In this document: positions 20,101 through 28,800 of the stretch, piece by piece
How positions within the stretch are numbered: position 1 is the first letter of the stretch
Layout: each line of letters opens with the position of its first letter
From: an uncultured bacterium
GTDB taxonomy: Bacteria > Patescibacteriota > Minisyncoccia > Phycocordibacterales > PALSA-1337
Direction of reading: 5' to 3'
Assembly (NCBI GenBank): GCA_903846945.1
Contig: CAINCE010000042.1
Coordinates: forward strand, 1 to 55,053
DNA: 55,053 nt
Notes under the pieces: model-generated
Databases searched by the model: none
The model's input: only the letters and a program-made list of their open reading frames with translations
Told to the model about the DNA's origin: nothing
Program-made: the position numbers and the translations under genes

Positions 20101-20365
20101 TGCGAACATCATGTGCTCGGTCACCGATGATTCCCTGCAATTTCGTTCTCATCGCTTTCACCCCAGCATCTGTATATGTGATAGCCAGAATGCCATTTGC
20201 AGGTGTATCCGTCAGTTTCAATATGTTCGCGATGCGCAGCGTCAGGATGGTCGTCTTGCCCGTCCCTGGACCAGCTATGACCATGACAGGACCTTCTATA
20301 GTGTCCACTGCCTTTTTCTGGGCGGAGTTAAGGGACGTATATAGTTGTTCGAATGAAACTTGCAT
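17174..20365 (-). CDS. UvrD/REP-type SF1 helicase with C-terminal PD-(D/E)XK nuclease
   Basis: AGPGTGKT, DEHQD, QAIYRFQGA, HGSKGLEF, YVALTRA; GKLD...DYKT; C-terminal Cys cluster. Confidence 0.93.
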   Translation of the reverse strand: MQVSFEQLYTSLNSAQKKAVDTIEGPVMVIAGPGTGKTTILTLRIANILKLTDTPANGILAITYTDAGVKAMRTKLQGIIGDRAHDVRIHTFHSFASSIISEYQDHFLHLNEVKQMTDIEQESLIRKIIEDQKFVDLRPAGKPDVYVSGIIRGIDEAKREAMTPEMVRAFARSEIERIQTDEESISTRGATKGQLKADAKEQIEKLERTLLFADIYDAYESGKREAKRMDFNDLIIELLLALREDELLLRLIQERYLYIHVDEHQDTNDAQNFILSIIAEFFDTPNVFIVGDEKQAIYRFQGASVENFLKLQKKWPNMEVIKLDQNYRSHQSILDGSFSMIEKNYEEDEHRDLRVRLRSGSKERAEPIEIITGENTTAIEFQLIERLRRLMATGDESDDVLGSDTMHLNGERPIGSHANPSTANNRPTVAIIVRRNRDLDRIIRLCEFHGIKISSERSIDIFNHPVGKIFFDLLQYIVDPTRVDLVANTIIVGMWGLDFATGTEIVKKLRSGTFDEFDTKIPGLSSIRAALLSHGPIAFIVHAGERSGYTKVIDRDPIYINVWRGIVSLAESLARDGGISDPAELITRLLAYRTSAETRTVKVSVGAPDLPIQAMTAHGSKGLEFDYVFIPYATEEAWIGRPKGASFVLPKKRTTESEVKDVRRLFYVALTRARKHAVVMTSLEESDGKTLTPLRFIDELDEKHIKKVTLDRLGAEKLYEKETSTIEGVEGGQMTISVGENKSFRRDSKSDGAESIVDERVKQRKIVDEKILDIAKNSLTKKGLSVTSLNHFLKCPNQFIYQSILKMPQAPSVAAEKGTAMHEALSRVWTAVASSSKVVEDISEIQKIMDDSVSAYFSKSLLSAREKVLAKSELAEDMPAVARALSTHFSLKDEKSTVLTESWVESIQRFKIYDLGFMKWAIGDTESSEKIISIPIHGKLDAILDNGHEVTVFDYKTKLAMSENAIKGETKNSDGNYFRQLVFYKILVGDDKRWKGRRIHPALVFVSPDAKGRCPTVSLPITEQDEKSVIDNIRSLVDAVWSGEIVKSFCDDPKCEWCGLRRV
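17614..17641. repeat. TAAATCN x4 heptamer array in-frame in the helicase (RFKIYDLGFM)
   Basis: Same unit as the arrays at 34464-34584 and 43522-43605. Confidence 0.75.
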
Positions 20366-20416
20366 TGAGTTAAATTTCTGTTATAATAGTCTTACAAATT
20401 GCCAAACGGCACCCGA

Positions 20417-20443
20417 GGAAACCCCACACTGTGTGGGGTTTCC
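20417..20443. terminator. Perfect GC-rich palindrome GGAAACCCCACAC-T-GTGTGGGGTTTCC
   Basis: 13 bp arms, downstream of the rpoD operon. Confidence 0.55.
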
Positions 20444-20575
20444 GATTTATGCAAATAATTTCATATATTCAATAGAAAGCTCTCCAATATTTTTATCAAC
20501 TTCTTCTATCATATACACCAAGTATGACAGAAATAAGTCGTAAATCAATCTGTACACCGAGCGGAATATATTCTA

Positions 20576-21145
20576 TTAAGCTGTAATGGGTGAAGATTCA
20601 GTCACCGGCACCACATTCTCCGAAATATGACTCATGATCTGATTCCTCACTTCGTTCGGGTTGGGTATCTGACGGAAATCAAACTTATTTTCCGTACCAG
20701 CGGTCTGTACTACTAGATCGCCAAATTTCAATATAGACTGGAACAAACCATCAACCTTCACCGAAATATCCTGAACTCGAGATAGGTGGAGTTCTGATAC
20801 AGACCTATTGAAAAATCCGTGCTGTGTACTGTCTATAATCCTCTTGTCAGTCACGACCCATACATCCAATATATACATAGTGACCGAATAAAATAGTACC
20901 TGCCATAACAGTAGACACCACAGACTGTAAACAAGGAGTGCCACCCCAATGAGGTCGTATGATGATAGAAATGAACTGAAAACTGTCGCAATGATGAGTG
21001 GCAAAACTACTAGGATCGCGATGAATATCGTCTTCACGATGATGAAAAATGGATGACGCCTCGTTAGGAGCAATACTTTTTCACCCGGTTCCATCCCTTC
21101 AAATGAATTCTTCGAGTCATTGAGAATTGCGAGGATAGATGCCAT
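20576..21145 (-). CDS. Bacterial PH-domain membrane protein
   Basis: Two TM helices; VVTDKRII, RVQDISV, FGDLVVQTAG. Confidence 0.85.
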   Translation of the reverse strand: MASILAILNDSKNSFEGMEPGEKVLLLTRRHPFFIIVKTIFIAILVVLPLIIATVFSSFLSSYDLIGVALLVYSLWCLLLWQVLFYSVTMYILDVWVVTDKRIIDSTQHGFFNRSVSELHLSRVQDISVKVDGLFQSILKFGDLVVQTAGTENKFDFRQIPNPNEVRNQIMSHISENVVPVTESSPITA

Positions 21146-21147
21146 GT

Positions 21148-21411
21148 TTATTTATTTATACTACCTACTAAGGTGATAATGTTGCTCTTGAGAGCCGTCA
21201 TATTGACAGAAGCAAAAAATAGAAAAACCACACAAAAGAATGCCACCGAACCAAATAGGTATATCGAAGCCAACCTCTTCGGTGCCGTCCCTATACCGAA
21301 CCTGATCAAGTGATAGACAACCGTAAATGTAAAAAGCCAGTAGCCGACGAAGACAAACAATACCAATATGTAGAACATCGTATCTGGATTGATGATAGTA
21401 TCCAATGTCAT
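21148..21411 (-). CDS. Small membrane protein
   Basis: 87 aa, two hydrophobic helices, operonic with rpoD. Confidence 0.7.
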   Translation of the reverse strand: MTLDTIINPDTMFYILVLFVFVGYWLFTFTVVYHLIRFGIGTAPKRLASIYLFGSVAFFCVVFLFFASVNMTALKSNIITLVGSINK

Positions 21412-21417
21412 GTTGAT

Positions 21418-22671
21418 TTAATAGTTCTTGAGCCTATTTATCTTGTCATGTTGGCGGATCTTTTCGTGTGCCTTTGCCTCGATCTGACGGATGCGTTCGC
21501 GAGTAACGCCAAATTCGCGACCTACTTCCTCGAGAGTGTGAGTGATACCATCATTCAAACCGTGGCGCATCTCTAGGATCTTGCGCTCTTTTTCCGAAAG
21601 GTCATTTAATATCATATTTACCTGATCACGCAAGATGCGTCGTGAAGACTCCTGATCTGGAGAAAGGATCTTGTCGTCAGCGATAAAGTCCTGGAGTGTA
21701 GACTTGTCATCACCATCATCACCGACTGGCTTTTCGAGAGAAACGACTTCTTGTTCGATCTTTTCTATCTGGTAGATCTTCTCGACATCCATACCCATCT
21801 CCATAGCGATCTCATCTGGCAATGGTTCACGACCTAGGTCATGAGAGAGTCTGCGAACAACTTGTTTGTACTTGGCGATGGTTTCCACCATGTGCACTGG
21901 CACGCGTATCGTTCTAGACTGATCAGCGAGTGCACGAGTTATCGCCTGACGGATCCACCATGTAGCATAAGTTGAAAACTTGTACCCTTTCGTCCAGTCG
22001 AACTTATCAACAGCTCTGAATAGGCCGAGGTTGCCTTCTTGGATGAGGTCGAGTAATGTGAGATCAGGAGAACGACCGACATATTTCTTGGCGATGGAAA
22101 CGACGAGACGGAGGTTGGCTTTTGCTAGCAAACCAACGGCCTCTTTGTCACCTGCCTGGATACGCTTGGCCAACTCCTTTTCCATACTGGCGTTGATGAG
22201 CGGATACTGACCGATCTCCTTTAGATACATCTGGATAGAGTCATATGCAGAATCAGGATTCCTAGAGAGATGCGAAACTGGCTTCTTGTGACTCAGATCC
22301 TCAACTTCGAGAAGTCCCCCACCTTCCAAAACATCCACATTTGCTGTAGTAAACTTTGTATACAGCTCATCTAGAAACAGGACGTCATTCTCGATCTGTG
22401 GAAATTCCTTCAATATCTCATCATAAGTGACGAATCCACGATCCTTGCCTTTTTGTATGAGTTTATTTGCTTTCGTCTCAAATTCACGAGCCTTGCTGAC
22501 AGCGGGCTTCTGGGTGGTATTTCTGGCAGAACCCTTCGATCCACTACTAGAACTCTTGGTAGTTTTTCTAGATGTTGTTTTTACTCGAAAAGACGCCCTT
22601 TTTGTTGGACGCTTCGAACTGTGGCGGGCTCTGAATCCGCCAGCTGGCGGAGTTTTTTTGTTTTTGCGCAT
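21418..22671 (-). CDS. rpoD: Primary sigma factor
   Basis: [45 protein letters not shown]. Confidence 0.97.
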   Translation of the reverse strand: MRKNKKTPPAGGFRARHSSKRPTKRASFRVKTTSRKTTKSSSSGSKGSARNTTQKPAVSKAREFETKANKLIQKGKDRGFVTYDEILKEFPQIENDVLFLDELYTKFTTANVDVLEGGGLLEVEDLSHKKPVSHLSRNPDSAYDSIQMYLKEIGQYPLINASMEKELAKRIQAGDKEAVGLLAKANLRLVVSIAKKYVGRSPDLTLLDLIQEGNLGLFRAVDKFDWTKGYKFSTYATWWIRQAITRALADQSRTIRVPVHMVETIAKYKQVVRRLSHDLGREPLPDEIAMEMGMDVEKIYQIEKIEQEVVSLEKPVGDDGDDKSTLQDFIADDKILSPDQESSRRILRDQVNMILNDLSEKERKILEMRHGLNDGITHTLEEVGREFGVTRERIRQIEAKAHEKIRQHDKINRLKNY

Positions 22672-22731
22672 GTAGAGATGTGTTGGTTAACTTGGAGCTA
22701 TTGTATAGTAATAATGAATAATTGGCAAGTG

Positions 22732-24681
22732 TTACCCCCTAACTTTCTTCCCCACCTCCGCCTTCCTGATAGACAATGCGTGGCATTTCTTGGCGAGTTC
22801 TGCTAAGCGTGTCGCATCACCAGCCTTTTCTGCAACTCGGAGTTCCTGCATCGCATCTATCAATTCTTCATTGACGATATCTAGACCAAAATTAGATATC
22901 AGTTCCTTCATATGTATGTCCCATTTTGCCACATCGCTACCATACATCGCCTCAGCTTCGAATGACATATCACCTATCTGATCTGACACCCTCAGAGCCC
23001 GACCAGCGTATGACTCCCCCGCTGTCTTCTCTACCTCGGCTAGATATTCGGAATATTTCTTCTCATCCTGCTTCTTGATCAAATGTAGTAGGCCGAACAT
23101 ACGGCGTTCCACCAGATCATTATGTTTCTGCTTGTATGTATACGCATCAGACTGCACAGAAGTTGCAGATGCATGTAGATTGCTTCCTGCCGAGACACTA
23201 GAATTATTTGTTGAGCCTTTTGTAAGGCTGGCACTAGTAGCAGTCGGTGCCAAAGCTTCCGTTTCCATCTTTTTCCTAACTGCACGCAGATCATCCCATA
23301 TAGCACCTGCGTCAATATTCGCCTTGTCAGCGATCATCTTTACAAAATAGTCCTGATCTGTTCGACTATCGATACTCGCGAGCAATGGAAACACTCTCTC
23401 ACGCAGCATTCGTGGGATCTTGCGTGGGTCCTTTTCATCTCGGAGTACATTCATCAATTCAAATTCAACAACGGGTTTAGTGGTACGCAATATCTCTTTC
23501 CATATTTCTGGATTTTCCTTCACCAAGTCTGCTGGATCCTTGCCACCAACGATGTCTGCCATCTTCACATCCATACCGAGTGAGAGTGCTATGCCTGCTG
23601 CTCGAAATGCGGCTTTACGACCAGCGTTATCAGAGTCGAAAGCTATCACCACATTTGGAGATAGACGACGGATGAGTCCGAGATTGTTCACTGCACCCGC
23701 TTTATTTACCGACTCATCTGACAGAGCTGTACCTGATGCAGCCACGATATTCTTTACCCCTGCCTGATATGACATGATGAGATCCATCTGACCTTCGACC
23801 ATGATGGAATAATTCATCGTGCGAATAGAAGTCTTCGCCTTGTCCAGTCCGAACAATATAGATGACTTGTCATATAGCAATGTATCTGGGCTGTTTAGAT
23901 ACTTTGCTGACCTCTCGTCCTCCTTCAATATGCGACCCGTGAATGCGACTATACGCCCACTGGAGTCAGAGATAGGAAACATCACGCGACCTCGGAATCG
24001 GTCATAGTAGGATGCTGCGAGAGAATGTGGAGAAAGTTGACCAGAAATGGCTTTCGGACCGAGTGAAGACGAGGAAGAACGAGTTGCTTCGCCAGCAGGC
24101 GAAGACAGCGTACGTTTCGGGGCAACTTCCTCCACATTCCTATCTTTCTTCTTTATGAGCCCCGCCTTTTCAATCACTACCTGACCCCATCCCTTTTTCT
24201 TCAGGTATTCAAATAGATGTGTCCAACCCTCTGGCGCCCAACCTATGCGAAATGCTTCTTTCGTTTCTGGCTTTATGCCACGACCCTTCACATACTCTTG
24301 TGCATCCTTCGAACGGGCATATTGGTCTTCAAAGAATTTTGCCGCGTCCTCCATGATGCGGAACAATTGGTCCCTCTCGCTCTCGTCTTTCTGATTCACT
24401 ACCAGAGGCACGCCCGCTCTTTCAGCGAGCACTTTGAGTGCGCCCTTGAAATCGAGTCCTTCGAACTGCTCGACAAAGTTAAATATGTCCCCTTTCGAAT
24501 TACACCCAAAACAGTAATACCCGCCTCTCTCCGGTGATATGAAAAATGACGCCGACTTCTCGTTGTGAAATGGGCACTTGGCTTTGTATGACTTCCCTGC
24601 ACGGTCGATCTTCACATAGGAACCGATGAGGTCTTCTATGGGTATGCGAGCTTTGATCTCTTCGACAGTGGTTCGTGACAT
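22732..24681 (-). CDS. dnaG: DNA primase, with in-frame insertion
   Basis: CPFHNEK zinc finger, YDRFRGRVMFPI, KYLNSP, EGQMD, DSDNAG. Confidence 0.97.
   Translation of the reverse strand: MSRTTVEEIKARIPIEDLIGSYVKIDRAGKSYKAKCPFHNEKSASFFISPERGGYYCFGCNSKGDIFNFVEQFEGLDFKGALKVLAERAGVPLVVNQKDESERDQLFRIMEDAAKFFEDQYARSKDAQEYVKGRGIKPETKEAFRIGWAPEGWTHLFEYLKKKGWGQVVIEKAGLIKKKDRNVEEVAPKRTLSSPAGEATRSSSSSLGPKAISGQLSPHSLAASYYDRFRGRVMFPISDSSGRIVAFTGRILKEDERSAKYLNSPDTLLYDKSSILFGLDKAKTSIRTMNYSIMVEGQMDLIMSYQAGVKNIVAASGTALSDESVNKAGAVNNLGLIRRLSPNVVIAFDSDNAGRKAAFRAAGIALSLGMDVKMADIVGGKDPADLVKENPEIWKEILRTTKPVVEFELMNVLRDEKDPRKIPRMLRERVFPLLASIDSRTDQDYFVKMIADKANIDAGAIWDDLRAVRKKMETEALAPTATSASLTKGSTNNSSVSAGSNLHASATSVQSDAYTYKQKHNDLVERRMFGLLHLIKKQDEKKYSEYLAEVEKTAGESYAGRALRVSDQIGDMSFEAEAMYGSDVAKWDIHMKELISNFGLDIVNEELIDAMQELRVAEKAGDATRLAELAKKCHALSIRKAEVGKKVRG
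24023..24139. repeat. 117 bp palindromic element in-frame in dnaG
   Basis: 27 bp imperfect terminal inverted repeats GAATGTGGAG...CTCCACATTC; internal CTTCGCC-AGCA-GGCGAAG hairpin. Confidence 0.85.
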
Positions 24682-24723
24682 GTGTGTAGTATAGGGTATT
24701 GAAGGCAAAGTATAAAGGGTGGT

Positions 24724-24875
24724 GCAATGTGCATAACTTGCACATTGCTTTCAAAAGCAACTGTCAAATATTCTTTGACAGTATGTGCAAAATTTGCACA
24801 TACTGAACTCTGAACTTGTTTCAAAATGGAACAAGTTGCCGTTTCTGACAGTTATCCGGAAATTCCGGATAACTG
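24724..24875. repeat. Array of five distinct palindromes resembling the palindromic coding segment of rhuM
   Basis: Palindromes at 24724-24748, 24760-24782, 24779-24805, 24813-24837 and 24849-24875. Confidence 0.9.
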
Positions 24876-24882
24876 AGTATAA

Positions 24883-25473
24883 CTAATCTGCTTCCAAGTT
24901 CTTCGTCAATTTGACTATGATCTTGCCTTTTAACTTACCCGGATTGTCAGTTGATTCTATAAGAGCAATAGCTTCTTGTAGACCTTCAATCTTTTCAGGC
25001 GATTTGGCAACTACTGATCTATTTAGGCTATAACCACTGACAACGTAGTCTCGCAATACACTTGTTGCCCAAATACGAAACTGGGTAGCCATTTTAGAAT
25101 TAACTCTATAACCAACTGCAATTATCGCGTCAAGATTGTACACATTTGTGATGCGACTGATCTTACGACCCCCTTCACTTTGAACTATCCGGAATTTCCG
25201 GATAGTTGAGTCTGTTTTTAACTCATTTGTTATATATATGTTATTAAGATGCTCGTTAACAGTACGAACATTAACATCAAATAATTGAGCGATCTGTAAC
25301 TGGGTTGCCCATATAGTTTCTCCCTCAACATCCGCCCTCAACTCTGTATTTCCTTTATCATCAGTATAAATGATGATTTTGTCACTCTTGTCAGCAGTTT
25401 TATTTTTTGCAATAACTAAATCCTTCTTACTAGTTGAATTCTCGTTACTCTTACCTGATTTCTTTTTTTTCAT
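24883..25473 (-). CDS. RhuM-family protein (short, N-terminal domain only)
   Basis: ETIWATQLQIAQLF, YNLDAIIAVGYRVNSKMATQFRIWAT. Confidence 0.9.
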   Translation of the reverse strand: MKKKKSGKSNENSTSKKDLVIAKNKTADKSDKIIIYTDDKGNTELRADVEGETIWATQLQIAQLFDVNVRTVNEHLNNIYITNELKTDSTIRKFRIVQSEGGRKISRITNVYNLDAIIAVGYRVNSKMATQFRIWATSVLRDYVVSGYSLNRSVVAKSPEKIEGLQEAIALIESTDNPGKLKGKIIVKLTKNLEAD

Positions 25474-25756
25474 AAATTTGTAGTTAAAATATTAATTATT
25501 AATCCCATACAAAAAATACTGCCTGCAGGTGGCTAGTTTTCTTTACCTCACTAAGTCATCACAACCTCAGAGACGAACTGGTTGTGACTAATATAGGTGA
25601 ATTATAGCGTCAAACGAGGGTTTGTGGAAGCCTCGCTTGCACGAAACCCGAGTGAAGACGATATATGAGCGAAGCGAATATACTACGATTGAGATTTGTG
25701 GCAATAACTAGAGACTGTAAAATGTATTATGACCTGCCATCAATAGAATATCTAAT

Positions 25757-25790
25757 ACCAGAAAACCCCGTAAACACGAGGCTTTCTGGT
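25757..25790 (-). terminator. Hairpin downstream of rpoC
   Basis: ACCAGAAAACCCCGT-AAAC-ACGAGGCTTTCTGGT. Confidence 0.55.
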
Positions 25791-25885
25791 TATAACCAAT
25801 CGACGCTATCTGGTTACTTGATCTTGGATAATATTGTTTGACCAATTCTTGGGTTAATTAGACCAATTAGAAATTAGGTCAATTA

Positions 25886-28800
25886 TTACACCTCCCCCAA
25901 CGCGGCATCCCTCTTTGCTGACATAGCATCGATCATCGCTTTCTTCGGAGATCCTTCGAAGCCTGTACCAGCTGGAACGAGGCGTCCGATGATGACATTT
26001 TCCATTAGACCTGTGAGATCATCATCAGCACCACGGACGGCATTAGCGATAAGGACGCGTGTAGTATGCTGGAACGAAGCAGCTGACAAGAAACTCTTAC
26101 GGGTTAGAGAAGTCTCTGTGATACCCATCACCAGCTTCTCAACCTTCGCAGGCTCACCTCCAGCTTCCTTAGCAGCTGCATTCTCTTCGCCGAGCTGTAT
26201 ATCATCGACAACCATGCCATCCGTAAGGTTCGTATTACCACCTTCCAAGACGCGGCGTCGACTGAACATCTGCTTCACGATGAGCTCGATGTGCTTTCGT
26301 GACACAGTCTCACCCTGCAGCTCATAGATCTTTCCAACTTCGGTGATGACATAATCCTTTGCTTTCTCTTCACCACCGTATTCGAAGACCTCATCGATAT
26401 CGGCAGATCCGTCCGTTAAGAGCTGTCCTTTCGTGACTCGATCCCCAACTCTCACTGTAGTAGCACGACGATATGGGAATAGATACTCAACTTCAGAACC
26501 TTTCTTTGCGGAACCCTTGGCCTTGTCCTCAATATCTGGAATAACATAGATCGCCTTTTCCTTACCCATATCTTTGAATCCTGTAACGACTCCATCTACT
26601 GTAGCAACTACGGCTGGATTCTTAGGTCGTCGCTTCTCAAAGACTTCCTCGACGCGAGGCAAACCTTGTGTGATGTCACCACCTAGTCCTGCTGCACCTC
26701 CCTGGTGGAATGTACGCATCGTGAGCTGAGTTCCAGGTTCTCCGATAGCTTGGGCAGCGACCGTTCCTACAGCTTCACCTAGTGCGATGAGAGAGTTCTT
26801 TCCTAGGTCGAGTCCATAACACATCGAACATACTCCACGAACAGTTTTACATGATAGAGGAGATCGAACATGAACATCAGTTATACCAGCCTCCTCGACT
26901 TTCGAAGCATCGGCCTTGGAAAGCAGGTGTCCTTTTTTAAATAGAACTACATCGTCTGCTGTTTTAATGTCTTGAGCAATGATACGACCTCGGATGTTCT
27001 TTGATAGAGGGATATTCATACCAGAGGCTGTCTGCTTGTGAATGACGATGCTGTCCTTGGTTCCACAGTCTTCCTCTGAGACAACGACGTCCTGAGCAAC
27101 CACGAACAACTTACGAGTTAGATATCCAGCTTTGGCAGTGTTTAGAGCCGTATCTGTGAGACCTTTACGAGAACCGTGAGTAGTGATGAAGTATTCGATA
27201 GGAGTCAAACCTTCCTTCGCACAGGATAGAATAGGAAACTCGATCGTCTCTCCAGAAACTGATGAGATGAGACCTTTCATACCTGCCATCTGTGTGATCT
27301 GTGATAGGGATCCGCGAGCACCTGATGTGATCATGTCATAAACGGAACCCATCTTGTCGAGAGATGCGGGAATAGCTTTCTCAACCTCACCCTTGGCTTT
27401 CTGCCAAATCTCGATATGTTTCCTGATGCGCTCTTCCTCTGTGAGGAGTCCTTCGTCAAATTGCTTGGAAACGATATCAGCTGAACGCTTGCCTCGTGCA
27501 ACTATCTCGCCCTTGGCTGCTGGAACCATGATGTCATCGATACCCCATGTAGTTCCTGAAAATGTAGCATAGCTAAATCCAAATGTTTTTATCTTGTCCA
27601 AGATAGGTGCGACATTCACTGCGCCGTGCAATGTGATCATGTCATCGATGATAGCGGCGATACGCTTGCGCCCAATCTCTTCATTGATGAATGGATAGTC
27701 TTCTGGAAGCATGTTGTTAAACAATATACGACCAACAGTTGTCTCGAACATCTGCTCCTGGAGCGCAGCATATTTCATGGTCTTTGGTGCGATCACGCGG
27801 ACCAACTCACGAAGGTCGATATCATCAAAATTGTACGCCAACTCTGCAGCTTGTGGGGACTCGAAGTATTTTAGATCAGTCTTAAAGTCCTTAAAGTCTG
27901 AAAGTCCTCCTGCGCTTGACTTTCGACTTTCGTCCGCCGGCTGGCGGATCGACTTTTCTTTTATTTTCGTCACCCAGAAACAGCCAAGGACGATATCCAA
28001 CATCTTTGCGACGACTGTAGGATCATTGTTACCTGGTTTCAATATGTTCTTGTCAGCCGCCATGATCTCTCGAGCTTCCATCTGTGCTTCATCAGAGAGT
28101 GGGACATGGACTGCCATCTGGTCACCGTCAAAGTCAGCATTAAAGGCTGTACATACTAGTGGGTGAACATGGATAGCATTACCCTCGATCAAAACCGGTT
28201 TGAAAGCTTGGATACCGAGTCTGTGTAGAGTAGGTGCACGGTTTAACAATACATATTTGCCTTTGATGACTTCTTCCAATATCTCCCAAACTTCCTTGGC
28301 ATCATCATCGATAAATCTGTTTGCCCCGCGTATGTTATATGCCAACTCTTTCTTGAGTAGTCCTCCAATGACAAATGGACGGAATAGTTCTAGTGCCATA
28401 TGCTTTGGCAGACCACACTCATCTATCTTCAATTCTGGACCAACGACGATCACGGATCGACCTGAATAGTCGACGCGCTTTCCGAGGAGGTTCTGACGGA
28501 AGAGACCTCTCTTTGATTTCAAACTATCTGAGAGTGACTTGAGTGCTCTCTTCTGGGCGGCGATAGCAGCCGCACCAGCGGATGAACTGTGACGGATAGA
28601 GTTGTCTATGAGAGCGTCTACTGCCTCCTGCAATATTCTTTTTTCATTTCTCAAAATAACTTCTGGAGCATTGATCTCCTTTAGTTTCAATAGGCGGTTG
28701 TTGCGGTTGATGACACGACGATAGAGATCGTTCACATCTGATGTAGCATAACGACCACCATCCAATGCAACCATAGGTCGGATACCTGGTGGGATGACTG

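Noticed and set aside
20360..20445. Second small RNA (TTGCAT-N16-TATAAT followed by a hairpin)
   Set aside because: The -35 coincides with the helicase start codon, the -10 could serve the opposite strand, and the hairpin is explained as an operon terminator.
24636..24824. 62 aa ORF across the palindrome array as a real gene
   Set aside because: TTG start inside a palindrome, overlaps the dnaG start, and excludes the fifth unit, which is in another frame.
24724..24875. Canonical CRISPR array
   Set aside because: No constant direct repeat between units and no cas genes in the window; reported as a palindrome array instead.
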